Shown: positions 45,155 through 56,841 of the stretch, piece after piece
Layout of the letters: every line of letters begins with the position of its first letter
Position numbering within the stretch: position 1 is the stretch's first letter
From: an uncultured Methanosarcinaceae archaeon
GTDB taxonomy: Archaea > Halobacteriota > Methanosarcinia > Methanosarcinales > Methanosarcinaceae
DNA: 64,000 nucleotides
NCBI GenBank assembly: GCA_963833425.1
Contig: CAWHXP010000003.1
Coordinates: 416,001 to 480,000 of the forward strand
Direction of reading: 5' to 3'
Program-made: the position numbers and the translations under genes
Notes under the pieces: model-generated
Databases searched by the model: none
Told to the model about the DNA's origin: nothing
Seen by the model: the letters and a program-made list of their open reading frames with translations, nothing else

Positions 45155-46126
45155 TTAGTACTCCCTTGTAATCATATAGTCTGCAAGCTGAAGGAGAATC
45201 TCTTTTTCAGGGCAGTCTCCCAGAGCATCTAGCTTTGATTTGCCCTCGTTTATGTATGAAATTGCAAGATCCTTTACGTAATCAATGGATCCGCACGCGG
45301 TTAAAATCCTGACGGTTTCATTTGTTTCTTCCAGGGTAGCTTTTCCTTTCCCGAATATATCTAGTTTTATACCTTTAGCGAATGCATCAATTACGATAAG
45401 AGTATACTTCCCTTCCATAAGGTCGCTACCCCTTACTTTTCCGAGCACTTCTTGCGGAGTGACCATGTCCAGAACATCATCATACATCTGGAAACCGATT
45501 CCTATAAGGCGGCCATACTCAGATAACGCTTCTGCAACTTCATCAGAAGCTCCTCCAAGAAGAGCTCCGATCTTGGCTGCAGCTGCGTAAAGAACGGATG
45601 TCTTTTTTTCCACCATCTCAATATATTCATATTCTGTAACTTTTTCTCTCTTTTCAAACTCAATATCAAGCCACTGACCTTCACAGATTTCAGTACAGGT
45701 CTTTGAGAGAATATCAATGCATTTCAAAATCCTTACAGATTCATTTTCAACCTTCGACAGAATCTGGAAAGCCCTAGAATAAAGAGTATCTCCTGCAAGA
45801 ATTGCTCCTGCTTCACCCCATATTTTATGGACTGCAGGCATCCCCCTACGGATATCGTCTTTATCCATTATATCATCATGAATTAGGGTGAAATTGTGTA
45901 TAAGTTCAACGGCCACTGCTGTCGGTAAAACAGATTTCATATCTGAACCTACAGCTTCAGCTGCCAAAATAAGGACTGCTGGACGAAGACGTTTTCCACC
46001 AGCATCCACTAAATAGCGAGAAGCTTTATAAAGTTCTTCTGGATGAGTTATCGGAAGGAGCTCATCAATTGCTGCATCGACATGGATGCTTCTTTTTCTG
46101 ATCTCATCAATTAGCGTCATAATCAT
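45155..46126 (-). CDS. idsA: Geranylgeranyl diphosphate synthase
   Basis: GGKRLRP, LIHDDIMDKDDIRRG and FQMYDDVLD. Confidence 0.93.
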   Translation of the reverse strand: MIMTLIDEIRKRSIHVDAAIDELLPITHPEELYKASRYLVDAGGKRLRPAVLILAAEAVGSDMKSVLPTAVAVELIHNFTLIHDDIMDKDDIRRGMPAVHKIWGEAGAILAGDTLYSRAFQILSKVENESVRILKCIDILSKTCTEICEGQWLDIEFEKREKVTEYEYIEMVEKKTSVLYAAAAKIGALLGGASDEVAEALSEYGRLIGIGFQMYDDVLDMVTPQEVLGKVRGSDLMEGKYTLIVIDAFAKGIKLDIFGKGKATLEETNETVRILTACGSIDYVKDLAISYINEGKSKLDALGDCPEKEILLQLADYMITREY

Positions 46127-46156
46127 CACAGGGATATGGAATATACTTCTATGCAA

Positions 46157-47500
46157 TTATTCTTCGATATATAGCACTTCACCGTTTCTGAGAAGATGTA
46201 CTGTACTTCCTAGTACATACCCAGCGTCTTCAGCCATCTCTATGTAGTGCCCGTGCATCTCCAGATCCCCATGGGCAGGGATTACATGCTCCGGATTCAC
46301 CATTCTCAGAAGTTCCCAGTGGTCTTCTCTATAAGCATGCCCTGATACATGCACATTGTCATAGATCCTGGCTCCTCTCATTCTGAGTTTGGTTTCAAGG
46401 GCGTAGCGGTTAGCCTGAGTCATCGGGCTTGGAATCACATTTGCTGAGAAAATGACCCTGTCTCCTGGTTCTATTGCATAGGGAGTTTCTCCATTCGCAA
46501 CGCGCACAAGTATTGAACCTGGTTCTCCCTGGTGGCCGGTAACGATTGGGAGGTACTTGTTCTTCCCCTCCTGCATGATGCGTTTGAAAGCACGATCGAT
46601 GTCTTTTCTGAGACCGTAGATTTCCACATTTGAGGGTAATTCCAGATAGCCAACATCTTTGGCAGCTCCAAAATAGCGTTCCATTGAACGACCCATAAGT
46701 ACAGGAATTCTGCCCATTTCCTCAGCTGCTTCAATAATAGCTTTCAGCCTGGCAATATGGGAGGCAAAGGTTGTAATTATCATTCCGACATCAGCTTCTT
46801 CTGTTCCAAGCAGTACGTCCCTTACCATATCTTTTGCAATTTGTTCCGAAGGAGTTTTTCCTGACCGTCCGGCATTTGTGCTCTCTACAATCATTGTAAT
46901 CACACCTTCCTTTCCAAGAGATTTAAGGCGTTCGAAATCAGGAGCTGTACCAATTGTCGGAGTCCTGTCCAGTTTGAAGTCGCAGGCATAAAGGACTGCT
47001 CCAACTGACGTGTGAATAGCTGCAATAACACAGTCTATGATACTGTGCTGAACGCCGATGAATTCGATGGAAATTTCGTTTGTGACCTGGTAAGTCCCAC
47101 CAGCACTGAGAGAAATAACCCTATTGCAAACCTCGAACTTGCGCTCAGCCTCGATTTGTTGTTTGATAATGACCGCAGTGTATGGGGTAGCTAGAATGGG
47201 AGCATTGTATCTGTGAGCAAGTTTTGGAATCGCTCCTACATGATCAAGATGCCCATGAGTACACACAATTGCCCGAACAGTTCCATTGATTTCTTTCATG
47301 ATAGTATCATCAGGAATTGCACCCATTTCGATCAGTTCGAGAGAATGCATTTTGTCAATTTCGACATCTTCATGAATCTGGACTCTGTCAAGTCGAAGTC
47401 CCATGTCCAAAATAATAACATCTTCACCTACGACTACTGCCGTCATGTTCCGGCCCATCTCATTATAGCCGCCGATTGCAACAATTCCTATTTCAGCCAT
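46157..47500 (-). CDS. rnj: Ribonuclease J (beta-CASP)
   Basis: THGHLDHVG, GHQGEP, HVSGHA and PAHG. Confidence 0.93.
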   Translation of the reverse strand: MAEIGIVAIGGYNEMGRNMTAVVVGEDVIILDMGLRLDRVQIHEDVEIDKMHSLELIEMGAIPDDTIMKEINGTVRAIVCTHGHLDHVGAIPKLAHRYNAPILATPYTAVIIKQQIEAERKFEVCNRVISLSAGGTYQVTNEISIEFIGVQHSIIDCVIAAIHTSVGAVLYACDFKLDRTPTIGTAPDFERLKSLGKEGVITMIVESTNAGRSGKTPSEQIAKDMVRDVLLGTEEADVGMIITTFASHIARLKAIIEAAEEMGRIPVLMGRSMERYFGAAKDVGYLELPSNVEIYGLRKDIDRAFKRIMQEGKNKYLPIVTGHQGEPGSILVRVANGETPYAIEPGDRVIFSANVIPSPMTQANRYALETKLRMRGARIYDNVHVSGHAYREDHWELLRMVNPEHVIPAHGDLEMHGHYIEMAEDAGYVLGSTVHLLRNGEVLYIEE

Positions 47501-48604
47501 ATTTTTTAACCTCTTATTTTAATTTTTATCCCTTTGAAACCGAAACCTAAAAACAGATATCAGATAACGGTCTAAAGCAATGACTCTGAATATAAGCAAT
47601 ATAGTACGATAATTTGGAATCAGCCTTAGAAAAGCCATTCATTATAACACTTATTGGGAAGAAATCATTCATTTTTTGAATGAATTTTACTAAATATCTT
47701 GCAGAGTGATTTTACAATATAAATATATATATATGCAAATATATGCTGATTTACATAGTATACATATTTAACTATATGTATATTTCTTAATTGACACATA
47801 CTTTCAAGCATTTTCCCAGATTTTAGAAACCACTTTCAATCCATACTTTTGTAATTATTGTGAAAAAATTTTCACTACCTTCAAAGATAAGTGTCGAGAT
47901 ATTAAGTCCATTAACATATCTCTTTTGCGTACCTTCCCCTAAAACTATTGAAAATTTCTGTAAACCTCTCATTTCAACAAGTTGCCTATATATGCTTTAT
48001 ACACACTGGCTACAAATTGGAGTTTATTGAACTCCTATATTATTTTTCAATTATTAATTCTCCTAAACCATTTTTGCTTAAACTATTCTTATTTTGATGA
48101 CTTATTAAGGTAATTCTTAATTAATGACCTTTATGAATTACGTGCTTTACTAAAAAGTGACGCTTATTCAATGATCTGAGCCCGAGAACTATAAGATTAA
48201 TTCTTTGCTGTTACCTATTTATTGTAAATTATAATTATGATGAATCGAGATTATAAGGATCAATAAATTTTTAAAGAAATTACTTTCCAAATTTCTAAAT
48301 ATTCTAATAATACACAGGTAATTCGTAATAAAGATGAATATTTCATTTTTTTATGCATCCCTAAATATAATGATCAAATTGATCTTTTCCACGGTATAGA
48401 ACATAAACTGCCTATCATAATCCCCTGATAAGCATGAACTGTTGCTCAGTTTGTATTAACGGTTTATTCAGAAACATTACTTTCATAGTATGTATAAATA
48501 TTGTCATGTGAAAAGTTTTGTTGAACCAATCGGCATCATATTTTACCTAATGATGTAAATTTCAATAAGAATATGATAAAAGGCAATAATACCTATGTAG
48601 TACC

Positions 48605-49702
48605 TTAAGATATTTCTCTTGGCGTGGCATAGTCTTTTAAGTTAAAACCGCGCTGACCAAGGTACTCACGAGTCCAACCAGTAACTACCACAGGGGCATT
48701 ACGCAGATCCTGTATATTTGCACAACCACAAAGAAACATTGAGGCTCGAAACTCATTCAGCATTCGAGAAAGGACGCTCACAACAGCTTCTTTTCCTTCA
48801 AATGCAGGACCTACAAAAGGCATAGCTGCACTTGCAGCACTGGCCCCAAGAGCAATTGATTTCGCGATATCGAGTCCTGTCCGGACCCCACCAGTTGCGA
48901 TAATTGGGAGGGAAACCCTGGATTCTATGATACTAGCAACAGTGGGGATTCCAAAGTCCCAAAAAAGTCCCCCCATATGTTCTGAGACAAAATCTCCACT
49001 TTCTCTGGCCCTGTAGGCTTCAACTCCTGCCCAGCTAGTGCCACCTACACCCCCAACATCAATTGCAGACACACCTGCTTTTTGGAGAAGAAGAGCGTCT
49101 TCATTTGAAATTCCAGCTCCTGTTTCTTTAACCATTACTGGAGTAGTCAGTACAGAACAAATCTCTCTAATCATATCCAGACAACCAGTTGCGTCTGTAT
49201 CTCCTTCTGCCTGGATGGCTTCCTGTAGAAAATTAAGATGAATAGCAATAGCATCGGCATCAATCATTTCGACTAGTTTTTCGACTCCATCAACACCATA
49301 CTTGCGGATTTGAGCAGCGCCCACATTCCCGTAGACAAAAGCATTGGGAGCTTTTTCCCTTACAATTCTGAAAGATTCTTCTTGGGAAGGATCATCAATA
49401 GCTGCTCTCTGGCTGCCAACTCCTATTCCCACTCCCAGTTCTTCAGTTGCAGATGCAAGTGCAGCATTTATTGGAATAGTATCTGGGTGTCCTCCAGTAA
49501 TTGAAGCAATCAAAAAAGGAGCTTTTAGATGTTTTCCGAGAAGATCCACAGACAGATCTATCTTATCCATATCGAGTTCCGGAAGTGCCCTATGGATAAG
49601 CGTCACATCCTCAAATCCCGCACTGACATTTTGTGATTCCACTGAGTTTTTAACACATACTTTCAAGTGTTCGATCTTTCGCCTTGAGGTATTATTGATC
49701 AT
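48605..49702 (-). CDS. fni: Type 2 isopentenyl-diphosphate isomerase
   Basis: RKIEHL, SITGG, GVGSQRA, KETGAG and GGTSW. Confidence 0.96.
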   Translation of the reverse strand: MINNTSRRKIEHLKVCVKNSVESQNVSAGFEDVTLIHRALPELDMDKIDLSVDLLGKHLKAPFLIASITGGHPDTIPINAALASATEELGVGIGVGSQRAAIDDPSQEESFRIVREKAPNAFVYGNVGAAQIRKYGVDGVEKLVEMIDADAIAIHLNFLQEAIQAEGDTDATGCLDMIREICSVLTTPVMVKETGAGISNEDALLLQKAGVSAIDVGGVGGTSWAGVEAYRARESGDFVSEHMGGLFWDFGIPTVASIIESRVSLPIIATGGVRTGLDIAKSIALGASAASAAMPFVGPAFEGKEAVVSVLSRMLNEFRASMFLCGCANIQDLRNAPVVVTGWTREYLGQRGFNLKDYATPREIS

Positions 49703-49705
49703 ATT

Positions 49706-50488
49706 TCATACCATTTCATCCGGACTAATTCTGGTCCCTATGGATTCTCCATTTAAGAATTTGTGTATGTTATCTGCTTTTCCTGCATTGAATATATATG
49801 AAGTAATACAAGATGCTTTGGTAAGCTCCAGAAGTTCCTGTACCTTCCCAAGCATGCCGCCTGTAACATCAGTGCTTTCTGAGCTCCCTATATAATTTTT
49901 TAATTGTTCAAATTTCTTAGGTGTAATCTCAGGTACAGGTTCTCCATTTTTATCGAGCACTCCATCCTCTGCAGACCCCAGTCCAAGCCTGGTTACTCCA
50001 AGCTCCTTTGCAATGTAAGAAACAATCTGATCTCCTGAAAGGACAGAGGTCCCGAGTTCAAGATCCATAACAATATCTCCGTGCAGTACCGGGACAAAAC
50101 CGTTCTTTAGCATGAGCCTCATGCTATCAAGGTACATGCTTTCTATCCGTCCTTTTCTGCAAACTGCACAGCCCATAGGATGTATAGCTACAGCCCGAAC
50201 TTCAAAGTGGTTCAGAGAATCTACCACCATGGATGCCAGTTTTTTGACGGATTCATGGGTTACAATAGCTCCTTTAAGATTAAAAATCCTGTCAAGCCCG
50301 TATTTTCTGGCGTAGGCATGCCCAAAGGAACCAGCACCATGCACGATAATCATATTCCCTTTAAATTCGGAAACTTCCTGCGCAATCCTTAGGAGATCAG
50401 ATGCCCTTACAACTCCTTCATCTGCTTTTTTGTCGGTAATGACACTGCCTCCGAGCTTCAGGATAACAGTTTCTGTTAGTACTACCAT
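49706..50488 (-). CDS. ipk: Isopentenyl phosphate kinase
   Basis: LKLGGSVITDK, VHGAGSFGH, PVLHGD and DVTGGMLGKV. Confidence 0.93.
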   Translation of the reverse strand: MVVLTETVILKLGGSVITDKKADEGVVRASDLLRIAQEVSEFKGNMIIVHGAGSFGHAYARKYGLDRIFNLKGAIVTHESVKKLASMVVDSLNHFEVRAVAIHPMGCAVCRKGRIESMYLDSMRLMLKNGFVPVLHGDIVMDLELGTSVLSGDQIVSYIAKELGVTRLGLGSAEDGVLDKNGEPVPEITPKKFEQLKNYIGSSESTDVTGGMLGKVQELLELTKASCITSYIFNAGKADNIHKFLNGESIGTRISPDEMV

Positions 50489-50568
50489 GCCATATCACTT
50501 AATATATTAAATAAATTTCAATCTCTTTTATGAATAATCGCAAAATAATTAAATGAAAATTCGAACTG

Positions 50569-51474
50569 CTAGTGTAATTTCAGGCCCTGTTTCGTTGATT
50601 TTGTAATGGTCACGTACCCTCCTGCTTTTGAAATAGCTTCACCAACCTGTTTACATCTATCAGGAGCCGTGAGTGCAAACATACATCCTCCACCGCCAGC
50701 GCCTGTAATCTTAGCTCCAAAGGCTCCAGCTCTCCTAGATGAGTAAATTAAACTAGAAAGCTCAATAATATTTACTCCCAAAGCATCTAGAAGTCCTTGA
50801 TTTATATTCATAAGTCTGCCGATCGAGGAATAATCACCTGCCAAGACAAGAGATTCACCCATTCGAGATATTTTACCAATAGAAGCCATTAGAGGCTTGA
50901 TAAGTTCTGGATAACTTCCATAGAGCTTCCTGACATTTGCGACAAGCTCCTTTGTAGAAGAAAAAATACCTGTGTCTCCGATCACAATACCACAGTCCGG
51001 AATTCTCAGTTTCCTCCTTTCAGGAATTATAACAACTCCTCCAAATGTAGAGACATAAGTATCAGTTGGGCTTGCAACTCCCTGGACCTGAAGCTCTATT
51101 TCATGGCCAAGTTTTGCGATCTCTTCGAGAGAAAGTCCGCATTCAAACATCTCATTGAGAGCTCCGATACTTGCTATCGTCACCGCAGATGATGATCCGA
51201 GTCCTGAACCCACGGGGATTTCAGACTCAATTTCTAAGAAAATACCCTTTATCGGTGCATTTTTCTTCATTTTCTCGATAACTAAGGTGATGTAGGGATG
51301 TTTTTCAAAATCGATACCTGTTCTACCAATTTGCGACTGAATTATTATGGAATCGTTAAGTTCTACTTTCACTCGTGTTCTCAGATCAATTGCACATGCT
51401 ATTGCAGTTTCTCCATAAACTACTGCATGTTCTCCGAAAAGATAGATTTTCCCAGGCGCAGAACACGAAACCAT
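50569..51474 (-). CDS. mvk: Mevalonate kinase
   Basis: PGKIYLFGEHAVVYG, PVGSGLGSS and KITGAGGGG. Confidence 0.96.
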   Translation of the reverse strand: MVSCSAPGKIYLFGEHAVVYGETAIACAIDLRTRVKVELNDSIIIQSQIGRTGIDFEKHPYITLVIEKMKKNAPIKGIFLEIESEIPVGSGLGSSSAVTIASIGALNEMFECGLSLEEIAKLGHEIELQVQGVASPTDTYVSTFGGVVIIPERRKLRIPDCGIVIGDTGIFSSTKELVANVRKLYGSYPELIKPLMASIGKISRMGESLVLAGDYSSIGRLMNINQGLLDALGVNIIELSSLIYSSRRAGAFGAKITGAGGGGCMFALTAPDRCKQVGEAISKAGGYVTITKSTKQGLKLH

Positions 51475-51672
51475 ATTACTCCTCTGTAATTCTTATTTTT
51501 GATTTAAACATGTAAATAAATTAATTTATTATTTTGAATTTGGAATTGAATTTTATAGGCAGTATGCAGTTAGATAAAAGTAATATTCCTAAAAACTTAC
51601 CCAGCATAAATGAATAGAACTATTCCGGTTAGTAGAATCTAAAACTAGTGGGCTTAATTTTCCTAAAAATCT

Positions 51673-52470
51673 CTATTCTACAATAATCGCAGCATATCCC
51701 ACAACTGCATTCATATCTCCTGAAATGGCTCCACTATTAGTATAATTAAGAAGAGTTGCTCGACTTCCCCCAAGTTTTCCAGAGGCTGTGAGCATCGCAG
51801 CAATAGGCCCATATCCACATACAGATGCGTTTCTCTTGTAGAGACGGTCATACATTTCGGATACATTTAGATCCAAAATAGCCTCAATGATTTCATTATC
51901 TATTTCCCTCGCACTTTGTGCAGACTGATAATGGGTAAAATCGCTCGAAGCTATGAAAACGACTTTTTTTCCGCTTTTGGAAACAAGATTGGCAACAAGG
52001 TTTCCCACCTCAACTGCGGTTTCCTCATCCTGCATACCCATGCAAATGGGTAGTATCCTAAAAGATCTTCCGAAAAGATATTGGAGAAAAGGGATCTGCA
52101 CTTCAATAGAATGTTCATATCTATGCCCAAGCTCGTCCACGTCAACGATGCTCCCTAATAATCCATCAACAAGTTCTACATCAACCTCTGCGATTCCCAA
52201 GGGAGTCTCCCATGTATCTTTGGATGCAGATACAGGTGAGCCGTATCCAGTATGATTTGGACCAATGAGGACATAGGTATCAGCTTTAGGGATGGTTGCA
52301 TAGACATCTGCAGCTACTTTCCCAGAATATACATACCCTGCATGTGGACAAACAGCTCCGAGAATATTTCGTTCTCGGATTTCCAGACCTTTAAAACATC
52401 TCTTGAGTTCCTCTTCTAGATATCCAGGATTCAGGGGATAAAACTGCCCTGCGACTGCTGGCCGTCTCAT
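51673..52470 (-). CDS. MEMO1-family (AmmeMemoRadiSam B) protein
   Basis: RRPAVAGQFYP, PHAGYVYSG, EHSIEVQIPFLQ, SSDFTHY and VCGYGP. Confidence 0.93.
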   Translation of the reverse strand: MRRPAVAGQFYPLNPGYLEEELKRCFKGLEIRERNILGAVCPHAGYVYSGKVAADVYATIPKADTYVLIGPNHTGYGSPVSASKDTWETPLGIAEVDVELVDGLLGSIVDVDELGHRYEHSIEVQIPFLQYLFGRSFRILPICMGMQDEETAVEVGNLVANLVSKSGKKVVFIASSDFTHYQSAQSAREIDNEIIEAILDLNVSEMYDRLYKRNASVCGYGPIAAMLTASGKLGGSRATLLNYTNSGAISGDMNAVVGYAAIIVE

Positions 52471-52541
52471 TTAAAATCACCATATTGGATATGGATGTTT
52501 TTTTATATATCCTTGCCAGTATGCAGGTGTGTCTTTGGGTA

Positions 52542-53282
52542 TCAGAGAGGAGTTTCAAAATCGGTTAACTCGTAATTGAAAGTAGTACCATTGAGCCTGG
52601 AGACTTCCCTTGCAAGCAACCAGTAAACAATGGAAAGAGCTTTTCTGCCTTTGTTGTTTGTGGGAATTACAAGATCCACGTTTGAAATAAGGTTGTTAGT
52701 ATCGCAAAGTGCTATAACAGGTACTCCAATACTTGAAGTTTCCTTCAGAACTTGGGCATCTCCTGCAGGATCAGTCACAATTACAACATCAGGCTCAAAA
52801 AAGCCATAGATCTGTGGATTTGTCAGAGAACCGGGAATGAATCTTCCAAGCATTGCCCTTGTACCAAGAGCTCTAGAAAACATCCTCGCAGGATGTTGAC
52901 CGTACTGTCTTGAAGAAACAACAAGAATTCTTGATAGATCATAATGAGATAGCAATTTTGATGCAACTTTGATTCTTTCATCCGTTGACTGGATGTCAAG
53001 AACATATAATCCATCAGTTCTAACCCTGTATACGAAACGCATCATATCCTGGGTCTTTTGTTGGGTTCCGATGTGAACACCTGCTGCCAGGTATTCGTCA
53101 ATGGGCACAAGGGATGTAGTCCCTTCTTTAGCAGAAGCTTCGTCGTCAGATTCTACAGGTACATATTTGGTTTTTGTTGTGGCTTCCCTTTCAGGTGCAA
53201 GTTTTGCTTCAGCCACAGTATTCTCTTCAGGAGAATGCTGTGCTTCGTTTTCCTCCTGCACTGTTTCCTCAATTTCCTCCAT
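52542..53282 (-). CDS. rps2: 30S ribosomal protein S2
   Basis: [25 protein letters not shown] and [11 protein letters not shown]. Confidence 0.97.
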   Translation of the reverse strand: MEEIEETVQEENEAQHSPEENTVAEAKLAPEREATTKTKYVPVESDDEASAKEGTTSLVPIDEYLAAGVHIGTQQKTQDMMRFVYRVRTDGLYVLDIQSTDERIKVASKLLSHYDLSRILVVSSRQYGQHPARMFSRALGTRAMLGRFIPGSLTNPQIYGFFEPDVVIVTDPAGDAQVLKETSSIGVPVIALCDTNNLISNVDLVIPTNNKGRKALSIVYWLLAREVSRLNGTTFNYELTDFETPL

Positions 53283-53345
53283 AAAGTCACCTCATAAAAT
53301 AGAATAAAAAATATTCGATATATTAAAATGAATCCCACTATTTTT

Positions 53346-53528
53346 TTATTTGATTTTACGCTTGGTTGTGATAGGGATAACTCCGGCTTTTAATTCTTCA
53401 ATAGCAATACTCAGAGGATCCAGCCGTCCATCGTCTTCAATAAGGACAGGAGCTCCCATTGCAATTTGCAACGCTCTTGCACCTACAATACGCGCACGTT
53501 CGAACCTAGTATATATTTCCTTGACCAA
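53346..53528 (-). CDS. rpoK: RNA polymerase subunit K (Rpo6)
   Basis: [24 protein letters not shown] start. Confidence 0.95.
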   Translation of the reverse strand: MVKEIYTRFERARIVGARALQIAMGAPVLIEDDGRLDPLSIAIEELKAGVIPITTKRKIK

Positions 53529-53643
53529 CTGATCACCCTGAAAACTCAAAAATGCACACATGAAAATCAATAATCTAAAAGTGTGATGTATTTGATATTT
53601 AGCACATACATGATTGAAAACCAGTACCCTTTAAACAGGGAAA

Positions 53644-53718
53644 TGGGACCGCTGAGATTCGAACTCAGGTTCCGGCGTCCCGAACGCCGAAGGATGGACC
53701 AAGCTACCCTACGGTCCC
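53644..53718 (-). tRNA. tRNA-Pro(CGG)
   Basis: GGGACCG...CGGCG TTCGGGA CGCCG...GAGTTCGAATCTC...CGGTCCCA; abuts the rpoN stop. Confidence 0.95.
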
Positions 53719-53907
53719 TTACTGGTATGGTGAAAGCACATCAACAAGTTCGACGTGGCTTAAGATCATTCTGCGACAGCAGTAGCGGGTGATCCCTAGA
53801 TCATCCAGTACTAAGGCACTTTCTTCTCCATCGTTGACGCGTCTTTTATACTCATCCCAATAGTTAGAGATTACTTTTCCACATGAAAAACATCTGACTG
53901 GGATCAT
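53719..53907 (-). CDS. rpoN: RNA polymerase subunit N (Rpo10)
   Basis: [11 protein letters not shown] and RYCCRRM. Confidence 0.97.
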   Translation of the reverse strand: MIPVRCFSCGKVISNYWDEYKRRVNDGEESALVLDDLGITRYCCRRMILSHVELVDVLSPYQ

Positions 53908-53911
53908 AGTT

Positions 53912-54316
53912 CTACCTGTAAGATTTCTGATATTTGGCCCTTGCTCCAGGTCCACCAAAGTTCTTTGATTCTTTCTGCCTGGAATCACTCACAAGTAAAC
54001 TTCGATCATAGTTTGCGAAGTTGTCTCTGACAATTGTGTCATTCGTCCATTCCACAATACCCCTAGCAACAGCTGTTCTCACTGCATTAGCTTGCCCAAC
54101 AATTCCACCGCCTCGAACATCTACATTAATGTCAATCCCGGAAACTATTTCGTTTCCTGCGATCATCAAAGGTTCGGAGATCTTCATCATCGAAATCTTA
54201 GGGGTGTATAACTCGAGTGGAATTTTATTGATCCTTATCCTCCCATTTCCCCTGGTAACTGTTGCACGTGCAGTTGCAGTCTTATGCTTTCCGGATGAAT
54301 TAACTACTTTGACCAT
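53912..54316 (-). CDS. rps9: 30S ribosomal protein S9
   Basis: [19 protein letters not shown] and [13 protein letters not shown]. Confidence 0.97.
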   Translation of the reverse strand: MVKVVNSSGKHKTATARATVTRGNGRIRINKIPLELYTPKISMMKISEPLMIAGNEIVSGIDINVDVRGGGIVGQANAVRTAVARGIVEWTNDTIVRDNFANYDRSLLVSDSRQKESKNFGGPGARAKYQKSYR

Positions 54317-54752
54317 GAGGACTCACCTTTTTAAATTTTGAACCCATTTTCTGGCTCACTTCACCAAGTTCTATATGTTTGTTGGAACTCAGAAATTTCC
54401 TATCGGCATCTTCAATGGTAACCACTTCAGCACTCTTTAGCTCGTAAGGGACACCTACATAGACTTTGAGCCTGGACATTGCATCCCTGCCTCTAGCTCT
54501 CTTATAGGGTAACATTCCACGAATAGTTCTCTTCAGGATGCGGTCTGGGCGCTTGGGAAAATAGGGGCCAAACTCTGTAGCCCCCCTTTCCCGGGTTTCC
54601 TTGTATTCTTTAAGGATGGTTGCCCTCGAGCCAGAAATTACAGCTTTTTCGGCATTTATAATATATATTTTCTTATCTTCTAAAAGCAGCTGTTTTGCAA
54701 CTTTACTTGCAAGACGTCCCAAAATAAGCCCATTTGCATCTATAACCTTCAT
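54300..54752 (-). CDS. rpl13: 50S ribosomal protein L13
   Basis: [16 protein letters not shown] and [14 protein letters not shown]; reads past the expected end (GSKF) into rps9. Confidence 0.95.
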   Translation of the reverse strand: MKVIDANGLILGRLASKVAKQLLLEDKKIYIINAEKAVISGSRATILKEYKETRERGATEFGPYFPKRPDRILKRTIRGMLPYKRARGRDAMSRLKVYVGVPYELKSAEVVTIEDADRKFLSSNKHIELGEVSQKMGSKFKKVSPHGQSS

Positions 54753-54765
54753 CTTCTCAAACCTC

Positions 54766-55146
54766 TCAACGGAAAATCCTAATACTGGACCCTTTTGGAT
54801 TTGCTTCCATGATTTCTTCGAGACTAAGACATTTACCACCTGCTTCAGTGATTTTTTTAATTGCTGATCCACTGAAGGTTACAGCCGAAACAGTTACCGG
54901 ATGATCAATGAGACCAGCGCCCAGAACTTTTCCTGGGATGAGCAGGACATCATGATTTGCAGTATGCCTGTTGATTTTACTTATGTTCACAGCTGCATAA
55001 TTTCTTGATGGTGCCTCGAGACGTTTCGCGATATCCTTCCAGATTGGGGCAGCATCTGTATTTGCCCTATCTTTCAGAGTAAGAATGAGGGACACTATTT
55101 TTGGATTTGTTTTTCTCGTAAGTTTTGTCAGCGAATTTTTACTCAA
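54766..55146 (-). CDS. rpl18e: 50S ribosomal protein L18e
   Basis: [20 protein letters not shown] and [10 protein letters not shown]. Confidence 0.96.
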   Translation of the reverse strand: MSKNSLTKLTRKTNPKIVSLILTLKDRANTDAAPIWKDIAKRLEAPSRNYAAVNISKINRHTANHDVLLIPGKVLGAGLIDHPVTVSAVTFSGSAIKKITEAGGKCLSLEEIMEANPKGSSIRIFR

Positions 55147-55902
55147 TGTATGTTCCTCCGCAAGATTTGTAATTTATATTTAAACCTTACTCACGCGGGA
55201 AAAACTCCCTTCGCGTTCGAACATTTCTATAGTGTCTATTCTAAAACACTAAGCTTGGAAATGGTGAATTAAAAATCAAGTGATAAGTCGGAATTGGTAT
55301 GTTCTGAATAACATTTCTAGTACATAAAGATTATGTGCATCGGTTCTGTGAAGTCTTCGGGGATAGACCCTTAGAAATAGAGTTGTAAAAACTTTGGAGA
55401 TTTTGTTGAGAAAACTGTAGTGCTTCTTTAAGGGTTATAGTGATTTAATATTAAAATTATTTAAAAATTATAATGTTAAAACACGGATTTGGATGATTTT
55501 AAATCCAGTGAAATTATAAAGAAATAAATAAATATGATTATTTATCTGAAATCTGGTGGCATGAATAAATGATGTCGAATGCAAAGATGGTGTTGTTTTA
55601 GCAGGCAATAAAAGGGTAAATCAGAGATACTGAATATTCGGAAGAAAAGAAGATTTCCATAAATTGAGCGTTTAATTGTATCATTGAGATTAGTTTCCAG
55701 ACAGAGTTTATACTGTTCTTTTACATCTTCATTACAACCAATCTCTAAAGGAAAATTCAATAAGTTGTTTGAACACTTTAGACACATATAAAGCTTATAA
55801 AAAATTCATGACGAAAATCATCATCCTAAAGTGAAGAAGTGTAAATGAATAAAATATAATAATATGGAGCATAGCAAAAGAATTCTAGAAAATGATTGAA
55901 CA

Positions 55903-56448
55903 TTGGCAAGGACTAAGAAACGAATTGCTTGGATAGAAATATATGATAAAGGGGTTGAATTTATTAATGAGGTAAACGAGCAAAAATTTAATGTTCGATT
56001 AATCGAGAAAAACGAAAAAAATATAGAAGCAGTACTTAAAATTGATTATGATGCTTTCAATGGGAATTTACTTAATAATTGGTCATTAGTACCTTATATC
56101 CGATATGGACATGTTTTAGGTCTCTTTGCTTGTAATTCCTTGAAAGGTTTTGCTATATTTATGAAAAAATGGGATAATCCCAGATTTGCTTATTTAGTAG
56201 AAATAGCAGTAGAGGAAGAAAGTCAAGGAAGAGGGTATGGATGCTATCTATTATTACAATCTCTATTTCACTTAAAAAAGAACGGATTATCTATTGTTTT
56301 TATAACTGTTGATCCAAACAATTCACGTGCTCTATATATTTACCGCGAAAAATTTGGATTCGAATTTGTAGAATATCGGAAGAATGGATATGGACAAGGA
56401 CGAGACAGATTATTCCTAAGATTAAACTTGGATAATTGGACCCCATAA
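55903..56448 (+). CDS. GNAT-family N-acetyltransferase
   Basis: IAVEEESQGRGYG acetyl-CoA motif; VDPNNSRALYIY..KFGF. Confidence 0.85.
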   Translation: MARTKKRIAWIEIYDKGVEFINEVNEQKFNVRLIEKNEKNIEAVLKIDYDAFNGNLLNNWSLVPYIRYGHVLGLFACNSLKGFAIFMKKWDNPRFAYLVEIAVEEESQGRGYGCYLLLQSLFHLKKNGLSIVFITVDPNNSRALYIYREKFGFEFVEYRKNGYGQGRDRLFLRLNLDNWTP

Positions 56449-56841
56449 CTCTCGGATTGTTCTTTATAACATAGAATAGGTTACTAGAATCTCCACAAAA
56501 TTTTTTAGTTGCTGGGCTTTTAATTGCCTTTGATTAGGCAGTGTTTTAACGTGAATTGCCATTTTTATGCATAGTCGTTTTTTTGTGTTAAAACCTATGT
56601 ATTTTTTATTGTATAGCTTAAATTATGAAGTAATTTATACTTGATTGGACAAAAAAAATACATCGTTTTTATTAAAAGTAGATGTTATATGAGAGAGCAA
56701 AAATTGTTAGATAAGATCGCGAAGGATAAAAAATAAATGAAAATTAAATAACTATTCAACCTATCAATTGGATTTTTTCAAGCTTTCTAGTTAAATGTCC
56801 CTTCCCTTATCAGATATTTTTTTGTGCTTCATTGTATTTTC

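Noticed and set aside
55340..55445. ggttctgtgaagtc as an IS end
   Set aside because: No partner TIR or transposase fragment could be identified.
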